Assembly: GCA_963693365.1 (NCBI GenBank)
Contig: CAVNZM010000012.1
Location: 8,126,001 to 8,190,000, forward strand
DNA: 64,000 bases
Reading direction: 5' to 3'
Source: Amoebidium appalachense
Taxonomy: Eukaryota > Protista > Ichthyosporea
Shown here: piece by piece, positions 48,297 to 62,058 of the stretch
Numbering within the stretch: position 1 is the stretch's first letter
Layout: each line of letters starts with the position of its first letter
The notes under the pieces: generated by a model
Databases searched by the model: none
Told to the model about the DNA's origin: nothing
What the model saw: only the letters and a program-made list of their open reading frames with translations
Translations under genes and position numbers: made by a program

Positions 48297-50155
48297 ATGG
48301 CTATGTACGGGCAGCAGCAGCCGCAGCAGGCAGTTCAAGCTGCAGGGGGGGATACCACTTTCCGTAAGCTTTTCATCGGGGGTCTTTCATACAGCACTAC
48401 CCAGGAATCTCTTCGTGCCCATTTTTCCAAGTTTGGGCAGGTTACAGAGGCGGTTGTTATTACTGACCGTGCCACTGGCAAGAGCAAAGGGTTTGGGTTT
48501 GTAAGTTTTCCTTCCTCCCTCAATATGCTCATACTCGCTCCCTCTTGGGCAAGATCTGGTGGTGTCCGTGTGCGTTTGTGTGCATGTGCGCGTGTGCGTG
48601 AGTATATCTGTGCGTTTGGCGTCTGTGTCTGTGTCTCAGTCAGTGTGTGTGCATTCAAATGTGCATACTTCGGAGAGCCTCAACACGAGGGAGTTGAGGT
48701 CCTGAACGTAAGATCTCAACGAAGGTTTGCTATTTTTCTGGTGACACTATAAAAGCAGCGAGGGGTTCCTTCCAGTGGGGCTGGAGAGGTATGGTTGTGC
48801 TTCCTAAAGTTAGAGTATCATTGACCGAAGTTTTTAGCTGGGGAACTAAGCACATTAGGAGTGTGCAAATCTTTACATGTTCAAAGGCTCAACTCAAATT
48901 TCTGTCCTCTGTGCATACAGATGCGTAGGTTTGTGAAGGTAGGCACAAAGACACACACGTCCCGTCCTAGAAACGCTTGCAAAGGAGTAGCACGTGTGCA
49001 TACCCGGCAGGCACATACAATTGCCTCCCTGTTCCCAAGATGGCTCTCTCCCATGTACCCCGGCCCCCCCTCCCCTCCGCCCCAGGACCTCTTTGGTTGG
49101 CAAAAGGAACGCTTTTATTCGATACCTTGTGATGGATCTTTAATACACGTGCATTATTAGCTAAAATTACCTGACTTTTTTCTGATATGGGGGCAGTATT
49201 ATATTAATAGGCAAAGGATTAAATCTTCGCTATGTTTCAGGTCCAAGGTAGCCATTAACATCAGTGTTTTTGCAGGTGACGTTTGCCACCAACGACCAGG
49301 CGGCTGCCGCCTGCAAAGATGCCAACCCGACCATTGATGGGCGCAAGACCAACTGCAACCTCGCCCACCTTGGCCAGAAGACCAAGCCAGGTATATATAT
49401 AGCTCATGCTTGCATAGTGGAACAGTCTCTCACTATTAAACCCTTCCCCCCCCCCGCCCTCTAATTATTATTCTTCTTGTGTGGATTGCACTCTGCATTG
49501 TGTTGTCCGTTATGGTTGTGTACATCTTATTCTCTACTGTATTTTACCCCCTCTCTCCTTCCCCGTCCCCCCCCCCCCCCCCCCTCCTTCCCAAATGTCT
49601 TGTGATGGTGGACTACCCCCCCCTCTACATATGTGCTTCGCCTCCCTTTTTAGTGCAGCAATCCCTCGTTTGCCCCCTTCCCCTCACCCTGGGGAGGGCT
49701 CTGCTTATGATGCATATTCTATGTGTGCCTTGCGTTGTGTTGTCAGTCAGATATTTGCACTTTGTACCCCGTAGCCCGTCCCCCCCCCCCCCCCCTCTCT
49801 CTTCTCCTACGCACACACACCCCTCATTGTAAATGATACAAGCACATATACTACACTTCTCCATCATCATCTCTCTCACTTCGACTCGTTGTCTACTGTA
49901 GCAGGTGGGCCAGCCATGGGCCAGGTTACCGGGCAGGGCATGTTTGGTCAGGCACCCGTGCAGCAGCAGCAATACGGCCAGATGCCCGGTTTCCAGCAGC
50001 AGTTTCCCGCTGGGTAAGTCGGCGTGGGGGGTGCATGTTGTGCTCGTTGCTAGTAAGTGTTTTGCAGTTTTGCATCTGGGGGTTTTCGTGCTGGATTTAT
50101 CCTTCATGAAACGTCGTGGGGTGGTGTATTTTGGTTTGTGTGTGTGCGCGGGCGC

Positions 50156-50213
<58 letters not shown>

Positions 50214-50411
50214 CTGCCTGTGATTTCTTGGTGCGTCTCGAAGCCAGAGATCTAAATTCTCTCGTGCTGCGTCACAGCAGGTATACACCAATCAGTCGTC
50301 GTTTCTCCACCCCTTTCTTCTTCTATCATACCCCAATCCTTCTTCTTTCCACATTGAAATCTTCTTCGGTTTTGTGTCACATCTCTTTCCCCAGATTTCG
50401 TAACATCCTTC

Positions 50412-50448
<37 letters not shown>

Positions 50449-50722
50449 CCCCTTTTTTTTTCCCAGGTACGGGCAGCAAGCTGCAGGGCAGCAGTACGGA
50501 CAGTGGCAGGGGTTCCCCCAGCAGGGCCAGTTCCCCTTCAACCCCATGTTCCAGCAGCAGCAACAGCAGCCCCAACAGCCACAGCAGGCAGCACAGCCAG
50601 AGTATGTGTTAATAACACTAGAGAGCACACACACACACACACACACACACGTGCACGTAGCCGAAAAGAAGCATACATGCACCCGCAGGCATGCACACCC
50701 TTTCACACACGCGCGCGCATAT

Positions 50723-50761
<39 letters not shown>

Positions 50762-51716
50762 CACACACAGGCATGCACAGGCACAGGCACAGACACACAG
50801 GCACATTAATGTGCACATACACACACACACACACACAGTGTCACCTCTTGTTGCCTTCATGATGGCTTGCTCATTGGCTCGTCTGCTTTAGTGCTCGTGC
50901 GTGCATGTACACTTACATAAGCGTGCATATATGCGCGCGCGCACACACACACACACAAGCACACACAAGCACATGCATATGCCTTACACACTCATGCAAG
51001 GATGCGCCGGCATATATGTTACTGTCATATGTTGGGGGGGGGGAGCTGCCGTGAAGAACTACATATATCCCCCCCCCCCCCCCCCCCTCCCACAAAAAAA
51101 AGAAATAATAAATAAATAAAACCCTGAAGCCTTGTGCCGACTGTCATATATATTTAACGAAATGACACTCCAGTTGTTCTTCGATGGTAGGAAGTGCAAT
51201 TCCCTTCTAATGTTCTGCATGTGCGTACAGTGGGACTGGTGTGTATGGCCAGGGGGCCCAGCAGGGCTACGGCTACCAGCAGGGCTACGGCCAGCAGCAG
51301 TATCCCCAACAGCAGTTCCAGCAGGCATTCCCCCAGCAGGTGGGTCTTATCTCTCTCTCTCTGTCTGTCCCTTTCTCTCTCTTGATATCTCTGTCTCTCT
51401 CTTGATATATCTGTCTTTCTCGATACCTCTCTTGATCTCTTGATCTCTTGATCTCTTGATCTCTTGATCTCTTGATCTCTCTCTTGATCTCTTGATCTCC
51501 TGACCTGTCTCTCTTGATCTCTGTCCCTTTCCCTCTCTCCTTCCTCTCGCTCGTTCTTCTCCCCCTCCCCTGCCTTTCCCTTCCCTTCCCCACCTCCCCC
51601 TCCCCCTCACCCCCTTCCACTCTCATGCACACATACTCTCTCGCTCTCTCTCTCTCCTTCCTTCCCTCCCCCCCCCCCCCCCCCCCCCTCCCCCTCCCCT
51701 CCCCCCCCCTCCCCAA

Positions 51717-51754
<38 letters not shown>

Positions 51755-52255
51755 TGGTTTTCCATCTTAATCTCAATCTCTTGGTCTTCTCATATCCCCC
51801 CCCCCCCTCCCCCCTCCCCTCCCCTCCCTCCCCCCTCCCCCTTTCCCCTCCCCTCTCTGTGACACACACACACACCGTCCCCCCCCTCCCTTCCTCTATC
51901 TCCCTCTGTTTCTTTCTTGCTCTCTCTCCCCGTCCCCTCTCCCTTGTCCTCCTCTCTCTCTCATTCTCACACTTCCTCCCTCACTCCCTCCCCCTCCCTT
52001 CCCCCCCCCCCCCCCCCCCCCCCCCCCCCACACACACACACAAACAGGCTCCTCTCTCTCACCCTATCTCTCATCCCCTCCTCCCCTTCACCCCTCTCTC
52101 CACCACCACCATCCACCCACCCATCCACACGCCCAAGCATGTTAAAGATTTTTAAATCCGTGCAAGTAGTTGAAATGAAAGGGCTTATGCTGTCTCTTCG
52201 TATGTGTGTGTGTGTGTGTGTTTGGTTCACGGCCTGTGTGCCTCTTTCTTTTTTT

Positions 52256-52289
<34 letters not shown>

Positions 52290-52910
52290 TTTGGCAAGTC
52301 GTTAACATTCTCGATATTTGTGTGTGCTTTCATGTGTGGGTATCAGTGTCATAGCTGCCCCTTGAATCCGTTGTGTGTGCGTGTGTGGTCATGTACCTGA
52401 GTTCCAATTCGCTGTTGCTGTGCATGCACAAACCGCATACAAACATTGTGCACAACATATGCAGACACTCGTGCGTGTGCATGCGCACTTGCACGTGCTA
52501 GAGTCTGGGAGTTGGGCAGTGATATTAATCGGTGGAAGGTGTTTGTGTGTGCTGTGATTGTGCTGGTGGTGTAATGGCAATGCGTGTTTGGGTGTGTGTG
52601 TATGCATGCCGAGGCATGTGTGTGGTTTGTGTGTGTGTGTTGAGGGAAGAAGGGCGGAGGGGGAGGCCCGGGAGGGGCTTAACTCCTACATGTTACATGC
52701 AAAATCACAACTAGCACATTCCTGGCGGGATCACTCTGCTCTCTCTCTCTCTCCCTCTCTCTCTCTCTCTCCCTCCCTCTCTCTCTCTCTCTCTCTCTGA
52801 GATTCTTTCTCTCTCCCTCTCTCGCTCTCCCCCGCCCCTCCCCCCCCCCCCCCCCCCCAAACTCTCTCTCCCCCTCTCCCTCTCTCCCTCTCCCTCTCGT
52901 GTCTCCCCAT

Positions 52911-52946
<36 letters not shown>

Positions 52947-53167
52947 CTCCCCCTCTCTTTTTTGTAGGGAGGGGGGCTGGGGGGATTGGCATCGTGCACT
53001 ACTTGAAATTTTACTGTTGGGCCTGGTTTCTGAACCCCCTTTCTGTCTTGCAGGGGCAGCAATTCGGGCAGCAATACGGGCAGTTTGGGGGGATGCAGCC
53101 CGATCAGCAACAGCAGTATGCACAGGCCATGCCCCAGCAACCCCAGGGCCAGCAGTTTTACGGTTAA
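48297..53167 (+). CDS. RBM24/RBM38-like single-RRM RNA-binding protein with Q/G/Y/F-rich C-terminus, 6 exons, about 261 aa
   Basis: Exons 48297-48500, 49276-49390, 49902/49905-50013, 50467-50601, 51231-51339 and 53054-53167. [12 protein letters not shown] (RNP2), [21 protein letters not shown] (RNP1) and [22 protein letters not shown] match the RBM24/38 family signature. Confidence 0.93.
51426..51520 (+). repeat. 8-bp tandem repeat (TCTCTTGA)n
   Basis: Directly visible in intron 5 of the RRM gene. Confidence 0.9.
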
Positions 53168-54564
53168 CCGACCCGAAAAAACATCAACCCGACCCGGTAT
53201 TGCCCACGACTGGAATGTTTTGCTAATAACCTATTAGGTGTGTGAATGGTATGTTTGAAACGTGATTGGTTTTATTTTGGTTTTGTGTCACGTTTGTGTG
53301 TGTGGTTTTGGCTTGGCGTTTGGCGTGATGGAGTTATGTGCAACGAATAGTATTAGTCGCCATGACGATGGTTTGCGTTTGTAGTGTTTTCCCGGTTTGG
53401 CTTGAAGAATTTACAGATTGCGAAGCTTTTTCAGTGGCTGTGGTTGGCAGAAAGGTTTGTATGGTTGCGAGGTTTTTCTCGTGCTATCAATATGAAAGGT
53501 TGTGGTGTGTCAAACAACATGTCTGGTTTGTCAATATTTTGCTTTGCTTTTAACAGCAGCTTTCTGTTTTCTGTTTGCGGTGTTTGTTAGTGGGCGGATT
53601 TTGCCTGCTGTATCCTCTCTGTGATAGTGGTGAAAAAGAAAGAAAACACAGAAAGAAGAAACGGAAATTTCTGGATAGCCAGAGAAAGATATAGACAATA
53701 TGCAATGATCATGACAGCCTGTAACGTTCTTCACCAACGACGCTTAATAGTCCCCGGGCCAAGTGGGGACATGTGACGAATGCTGATGGTATATGCATAG
53801 GGATGAATACTAAAAACGGGTGGTATAATGTACATGATGGGTAGAAAAGAATGGTGTATGATCTGTGTGTAATACATCCCCGAGGGGTGTATTGTACACG
53901 CGCAAATTCATGCATGTGACAATTGCAGGTACTGTCAACCCCATCCCTACCGCCTGCTGAGGCGGTGTCTCCTTTCTTTCTTTCTTTCTTTTTTTTTTTG
54001 CCGCCTGAGTAATGTTTATAAACGTCGCACGTGCGGCAACAAGTCAGTACGTGTTAGACCCCATTCCCCCCGGCCCCCCCTACACATTCAGCGAACACTG
54101 GACGCAGCGAACGTGAAGTTCATCGCAGCGCGTGCACGCCGTCAGTACGTGTGAGACTCCATGCATAAATTTTTCACATACAATTAAACACACGTGCGCA
54201 CGTGCACACACACAGGGTTCTAGTCTCGGCCTCATTTCTCCGCGGTGCACGTGATCTTAGTTATTAGTCACCATACCACAATCGTGACAGGCGAATTTGA
54301 AGAAGCCAATCATCATGATGGCAACTGCAATGTCGTATGCTATAGCTCAAAAAAAAAGGTCACACTCCCGACAGGCCAACTTGAAAGAAAAAAGAAAAAG
54401 GGTGAGATTTTTGACTAGCTTTTTGTAGCACTAGTAATAAACAAACAACTTGGGAAGGCGCTGACAGCGACTCGCGAGTCAGTGGCGACCGTCGCGGGCA
54501 GGGTCTAGGGCCTCTAGGCTTGTCTAACACTTACAGGAATGTATGGTATGGATACACTCCTGAG

Positions 54565-55753
54565 TAAGGGTATGTAAATCTATCTCAAAAAAAGCCTATC
54601 TTTCTTTTAGATTTTTCCCAATCTTTCCCAAAATCGACCTAACTTTCCTGCATATCTTTCCGTCGAATAAATCCAGTCAAAAGAAAAAACTTTCCTAGAT
54701 CCTTTCCCGGAAATTCTTGAAAAATGAACCTATCTTTCCCAAAATCTTTCCCACCAGGTACCTATCTTTCGAAGAAATTTCCCGTCTTTCTCGAAAGCTA
54801 CCTAAATTTCTTTCGAAATTTCTCGCCATCCCAGCCTTTTCCCAGCACCGTCCGGCCCACCCAGTGCCCCACTAGTGGGGCCTACGTATACGCAATATGT
54901 GCACACACACACAAACACATATACACACGCACGCGCACAAAGTGTACACAGGCACACACGCGCACACACGCACACATTTCATGGTTGGTGGGCTCAGTGG
55001 CAATGAGATCGGCCACCAGAAAAGTGGAAGTGGTACTTTTACGTTTCGTAATGCTGACAGCTGCAGCAGAGAATGAGGCCATTTTGAAGAGATTCGAGTA
55101 CAAGTAGAAATCGTACGGTGTTTCTGTCAAGTGCAAGTTACAGCATATATATATATACCTTTCCAAAGTGTCAACAATCGCTTGCAAAACATTTGTTTTC
55201 ATTGGTTGAATGCTGCCATTTACATCAATCTTGCGATTTCAGCCACTATAGCTACAATCGTTTCCCTCCAAGAGTAAATTTTTTTAAAGTGGTGCTTAGG
55301 CTGCACTGGCGGGCCCGCCAAAAACCTGTTCCGGCCAATTATAGCCAGTCAAGCTCTTGTTATGCTCACTTTGATTGGATTACAAACAATCCCATCGCCC
55401 CTCTCTCAGGAAAACAATGTCATTGGACATGGTAAAACCGCCCACCTTTTTTGGTTTGTTTACGAGCCTTGCAGTCCAATCATGTGCCTTCCAATGGAAG
55501 AGGGCAAAAGCCCGTAAACCATACCCTATATACCACATACATACCCCTAGACCACGAGAAATTTGGATCTTTCCGGCCTACTTTTTTCGAAATTCCCGAG
55601 ATAGATCGCTCGGATCAAACAAGATCATCTATCCCACGATATGCTAAATTTCTCGCTCCTTTCCCAAAATTTCAACTATCTTTCCGGCAACTTTCCTTTC
55701 CCGCAAGGTACCTAAATTTCCCGAGAATTTCCAGATAGATGTACATACCCTTA
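54565..55753. mobile_element. Non-autonomous DNA transposon (MITE), hAT-like, 1189 bp
   Basis: 21-bp TIRs TAAGGGTATGTAAATCTATCT (54565-54585) and AGATAGATGTACATACCCTTA (55733-55753) with 1 mismatch. Flanking 8-bp TSD CTCCTGAG / CTGCTGAG (7 of 8). Subterminal ATCTTTCC and AAATTTC repeats. No transposase ORF. Confidence 0.88.
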
Positions 55754-56392
55754 CTGCTGAGCCTGAGCGGTATTATATTACATTGTATCATATCAGAACT
55801 GTTGACCGTGTAAATCAATAGCACATACACCTATCAATCTGTTCACTTTTTGAGGCACCGTCAAAAAAAAAAAAACTCACGTGCCCCTATTTAGAGTAAT
55901 GATATTGGATGGTTCCCCCTAGTGATCGAGTGGAACACCTAGGTGTATGGCACCATCCAGTAGTATTGTGAGGTTATAACAGGGTTTAAAACAAAGGGGT
56001 GTCTCTTTTCTATTTTCTAAACTATGCGTCACGGCGATCTACAAATGTAAGTGTGTGCCTCCCCCACTAGGTTCCCCCGGCTGTTCTTATCGGCGCACAC
56101 ATTCCAAAGAATAAAATACGGAGCAGCAGGCTGTGAGATAAGGCCTATAATATGCATGGCCACCGAAACGTCCATATGGAAATTATATTTTCACATACAA
56201 ACAATTGAAAGCTGGCTTTTTATTATATAAAGGGTATAGGACAGCGCTTGCCAATTACAAGCTAGTTCTCTAAGCAACTGTTCTCATTCGCTGCCCCCAT
56301 GATCGCCTAATTCAATTTTGAACGGTCACAGTCACACGGCCAGTTGCAATAATAAATCATTATTTGAGCTACAGGTCTTGCTGGCCACAAAG

Positions 56393-57562
56393 ATGTTTTT
56401 CACCAACAGCAAAGCCGCGCATATTTGCCTCAGTCTCTCTTTTCTTCTGCATTTGTCCTGTTTGGTTTCCAGTGCAGCCATCACCTCTACGAGTGACCCA
56501 CTAGCAACAGCTTCATGCATCGATTCATCAAAGGGATTTGCCTTCCGCGCCAGCAACGCAAATCTAAACGCAGAACATGTAAACTTTTCTCGTGCCCTTT
56601 GGCCCACCACACCATCGCAAAGTAGTGGGTACTGCATGCGAACAGCAACATTTCTTGGGGAGTATTTATATAACTGTGACCTCCCAGGAACAGCCTTGAA
56701 CGTCACCTACAACCCAACCAACACTTCTCGCTTTTTGAATATCACGGGCACCGTGTTCCGTTGTCGGGTTAAGAAAGGACAGCAAGATCCCGCGCGGGCA
56801 TGCAGTGCCTACATGGCCGCTACGGGCCCGTGTGTAGTCGACTTCACTTACCAAGTCGTTGCTGCTGACACGTGGAGGCTGTCAGCACCTCCAAATTCCA
56901 GCCAGCCTGTGGGAGTGGGCGAAGGAATCATCAAGTAGACCCCCCCCCCCCCCCTCCCCCCTTTCCTCCTTGCAGCCTGAAGGTCTTCTTCGGAATCATC
57001 AAGTAGAACCCCCCCCGCCCCCCCCCCCTTCCCCTCCTGGCAGCCTGAAGGCCTTCTTCGGAGTCCCCGAGTCCCCTGACGGTCCCTTCTTCCTCTACCC
57101 TGGCCAATGGGTTCTCTACCTCGCAGCCCTTCCTTAGAAGAAAAAAAAAAGAAAAAAAGAAAAAAAAAAAAGGGGGGGGGGGGGAGGGCAGGGGGGGGGG
57201 AGGGGGGGGACGAGGATGCTTAGCAGTGTTTGGGGGAGTTTAGTTTAAGAAAGTCCGCGGAAGACTAAGGTGTATAATCATCATGATGCGTCGGAACTCA
57301 GGAGGAATCAAAGGTAAGTGTCAAGGCGACATTTCACAACATATTCAAGTGACCTCAGTTTACATTACTGTCTTTTTGCCCATTTATGGCGACAACTCTT
57401 ATAAGTATGTTTGCGCCGTTGCTATGATCCCAAGCAATCGTGGAAAAATGGCCTCGACATTATGATAGCCGTCCACTCAGTATAGTACTCTATCTTCATT
57501 CTCCGCTATCATTATTATGCTGAACCTTACACACCAGTTTGGACTCGCACTTATGACCGTTT

Positions 57563-57612
<50 letters not shown>

Positions 57613-58617
57613 AAAAAAAAAAAAAGAACATTAAGAAACGAAAAAGAAAAAGAATAAAGAAGAAGAAAAAGAAGAAGAAGATTCACCACAAACCTCAACC
57701 AAGCGAACTAACAACAAAATTTAACAGGTGTGGCAACGAAACCACCACCGTTGTCGGGCGTCCCCTGCCCTTTTCGTTGGAAATTCGTCAATTAGCAAGC
57801 CCCTTCCAAGGAAACCACGGTCTCGGGTTTCTCACCGTCACAAAAATAGATTCCCCCCTACTGACCGGCCCAAATAACTGCCTTCAAACCCCCCCTGTCG
57901 GTGACCCACCAGGAAATTCAAAAAGCTCAGCTCAACCTTCCGCGAAAATTGAGATTTCTGATGTGGAGACCCCAAAGAATAACGGTCATGAGAAGGAAAA
58001 TGAAAAAACATCGCCCAAGCCACAGTCCCCCCCGGGCCAATCCCGTCAAGGCAGGGATGTGTCTCAACCAATCAAAACGCGCCGTCAGTCCGCCGCACCT
58101 TCACCAGGGAGCCAATCAGAAGAGTGCGCTGCACGGCAGGCGCTAGCCAATTGGGAGGAGGGTTGGAAGGGGGACAAAAGTGTTGGTTATGGCGGCGGCT
58201 CGTTTTTGTTCTCGGCAGAGTGCACACCTGGTACTTATCCCCCCCCCCCCCCCCCCCCCCCCCCCCACCCCCCTCCCCGGGCCCTCCCCCTCCTCCCCCC
58301 TTCCCCCCTCCCCCCAGCGCCCGCACAGAAACCCACCATATAATGGGCTGTGATCGAGTGTCTTCTGCCCGGCTACATACTTGCCGTTTATTTTGTGTTC
58401 CCATTCGTGATCTCTCCCTCGCCTTTCTACCCTTCTTGCATTCCGGCTAACCTCCCTCCCTCCCCCCCCCCCCCCCCCCCCTCCCCCCTTCCCTCCCTCC
58501 CCCCCCCCCCCCCCTCCCCACCCGCCTTCCCCCCCCACCCCCCTACCCCCGACCCAACCCAAAACTCCCAATTTGAGGACCCCTGATGACAGGCTCTGTT
58601 CAAGTGTCTTCTGCCTG

Positions 58618-58662
<45 letters not shown>

Positions 58663-59615
58663 TTTCAGAAGGTTTATTTTAGCTTTTATTCAGGTATGAT
58701 TTTTCGGGGTTTTGATTTGGTGACGTTTAGTGTTTTGCCTTTTGGTGCCTCCTCCTCCATACTTCTAACCCTCTGATGCAAGTTACCCCCCCCCCCTCCC
58801 CCCCCCCCCCCCTCCCCCCGCAAAAAAAAAAATCCCTCCAAAAAAAAATTGAAATAAAATAAAAATACAAAGAATAAATATTTTGATGCCATTAACAAAG
58901 GCAGAGTACCCCTCCCCCCTCCCCCCTCCCCTCTCCCCCCTTCCCCCCTCCCCCCCCCAAAAAAAATAAATAAAATAAAATAAAAATAACAACTTGAAAA
59001 AGAGAAGAGTAAGATAAAAAAAATAAGAATTTAACAACAGAAATCAATACATCAGCAGCACTAGCTGTCAAACAATTGGCAGCGGCTCCCCCTCGCCGTC
59101 CCATTCGCCCTCCAACGACCCAACCCTCACCACCGGCTTCACCTGTCGATATCCCAACGATTGATGGTGGGTGGTGGACTGAACAGGAAAATACAGACAT
59201 ACACGTGCATGTGTATATACACGTGTACAAACACATACATACATACACTACATGCACACAGTCGCACACACGCACAAACACACACACAGTCACACACACA
59301 CACAAAAACACACAAACACATACACGCACACACACACACACGAGTGTGTGCGCACACACGAGAGTGAGCACACCCCCGGGAGTGCATAGACGCGCGAGCG
59401 TGCACACACATACAAACGCACAGCCACGTGAGCAGGAACGTGAACTTGCAACTTGTGCATTAGCCTTTCGTGAGTGCTGTTGTGATTTCTGCACACCGAT
59501 CTATTCAGATGTTTTGTCGGTTACTATTAGAGATTGTTGCCAACACTCCCTCATACTTTCTTCCCTCTCTTTCTCTCCCCCTCTCTCCTTTCCGTCTACC
59601 TCTCCTTCCGCTCCT

Positions 59616-59653
<38 letters not shown>

Positions 59654-60470
59654 ACCCCCCCACCCTCCCCCCGCAAAAAAAAACCCCCTAAAAAAAAATT
59701 GAAATAAAATAAAAATACAAAGAATAAATATTTTGATGCCATTAACAAAGGCAGAGTACCCCCCCCCCCCCCCCCCTTCCCCTCTCCCCCCTTCCCCCCT
59801 CCCCCCCCCCAAAAAAAATAAATAAAATAAAATAAAAATAACAACTTGAAAAAGAGAAGAGCAAGTAAAAAAATAAGAATTTAACAACAGAAATCAATAC
59901 ATCAGCAGCACTAGCTGTCAAACAATTGGCAGCGGCTCCCCCTCGCCGTCCCATTCGCCCTCCAACGACCCAACCCTCACCACCGGCTTCACCTGTCGAT
60001 ATCCCAACGATTGATGGTGGGTGGTGGACTGAACAGGAAAATACAGACATACACGTGCATGTGTATATACACGTGTACAAACACATACATACATACACTA
60101 CATGCACACAGTCGCACACACGCACAAACACACACACAGTCACACACACACACAAAAGCACACAAACACATACACGCACACACACACACACGAGTGTGTG
60201 CGCACACACGAGAGTGAGCACACCCCCGGGAGTGCATACACGCGCGAGCGTGCACACACATACAAACGCACAGCCACGTGAGCAGGAACGCGCACTTGCA
60301 ACTTGTGCATTAGCCTTTCGTGAGTGCTGTTGTGATTTCTGCACACCGATCTATTCAGATGTTTTGTCGGTTACTATTAGAGATTGTTGCCAACACTCCC
60401 TCATACTTTCTTCCCTCTCTTTCTCTCCCCCTCTCTCCCTTTCCGTCTACCTCTCCTTCCGCTCCTTCCC

Positions 60471-60516
<46 letters not shown>

Positions 60517-60656
60517 AGTTCTCCGGGACCCTCCCTCTTGCTCACCCTCCCTCTCCCTTTCCCACTCTCTCACCCTCACTCTCTCTCTCTGCCCCCTCCT
60601 CCCTCCCCCCCCCCCCCCCCCCCCTCTCGCTCTCTCTTTGTCTGTGTGTGTGTGTG

Positions 60657-60688
<32 letters not shown>

Positions 60689-60818
60689 GTGTCTCAGACT
60701 CTGTGTGTTTGTATGTTTGATTAGTCACATTAGTTACCGAATATATTTCTTGATTTTTGCTATTCAATGAGCTGCCCATGCCAGGCAGTATTGAATATGA
60801 CCGGTGTGGGTGACCTCG

Positions 60819-60900
<82 letters not shown>

Positions 60901-61654
60901 GGAGGGGGGAGGATCAGAGTCGAGAAATGGAGGATGGGGGGTTGTATGCGGAAGGATATACATTCTTATCCAACATGAATCTAGCCCAAAATTGTCGTTT
61001 ATGTGCTTCAACGGTACGTGGAAGTCTCACCAATGACGTTTTTTCAGTATGCAGTTATTGGCAATTTAGCAAGAAGTTGTCTTTTCGCCTTAATGTTAAA
61101 ACGATATGGGCAGGTCGTCTGGTGGCAGCAGCAGCTCCCCCAGTAACCTCCCCGACACCCACCGGTATGTAATAGCACGTGCACAAACACGTGTTATGCT
61201 TGAATGTGTGTGTGTGAAAGGTGTGTGTGGGTGTTTCCGTATAGAAGCATATGTAGCATGGGCATATGGTATGATATGGGTTGCCAGACGCGTGTACTTC
61301 GGTTTGTCTTATGGTTGAGAAGTGAAGAGGGGCAGGTGTGTGTACGTGTGCACGTGTGTGTGTGTGTGTGTGTGTGACGGTGTGTGTGTGCGCGCTCTTG
61401 TGCTTGTGATTATGGAACTTCGGGGAGAAGGGAGAGGGATGGGGGGAAGGCAGGTGTGTGTACGGATGTGTGTGTGTGAGTGTGTGTGCTTGCAATTAGG
61501 GAATGGGGAGGAGTGTTGGGGGGGAAGGGTGGGTGGGTTGGGGGGGGGGGGGGGGGGGGGGGGGGGGAGAGGGGGAGGGAAGGGAGGCAGGTGTGTGTTT
61601 TTGTTTGTGCGTGTGCATGAGTGTGTCTAGGGAGACAATGTGGGGGTACGTTGG

Positions 61655-61721
<67 letters not shown>

Positions 61722-61768
61722 TGTGGGTGTGTGTGACACGCCTGCACACACACACACACACTCACAAC

Positions 61769-61817
<49 letters not shown>

Positions 61818-61855
61818 AGACACACACACGCACACACGCACACACATACACACAT

Positions 61856-61898
<43 letters not shown>

Positions 61899-61966
61899 GA
61901 GTGAGACAGACACGCACACACAGACACACACACACACATACACAAACAGAGAGAGACACAGAGGCA

Positions 61967-62058
<92 letters not shown>

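Noticed and set aside
54465-54520. GACTCGCGAGTC and GCGACCGTCGC palindromes followed by CTAG (Helitron 3' end-like)
   Set aside because: The hairpins are short, CTAG is not followed by T, and no 5' end or second copy is visible.
58583-58780. Box C/D snoRNA reading of repeat subfamily A (TGATGA ... CTGA)
   Set aside because: The boxes are not conserved across copies (TGATGT, CTAA and CTAT variants) and there is no terminal stem. Kept only as an alternative to test.
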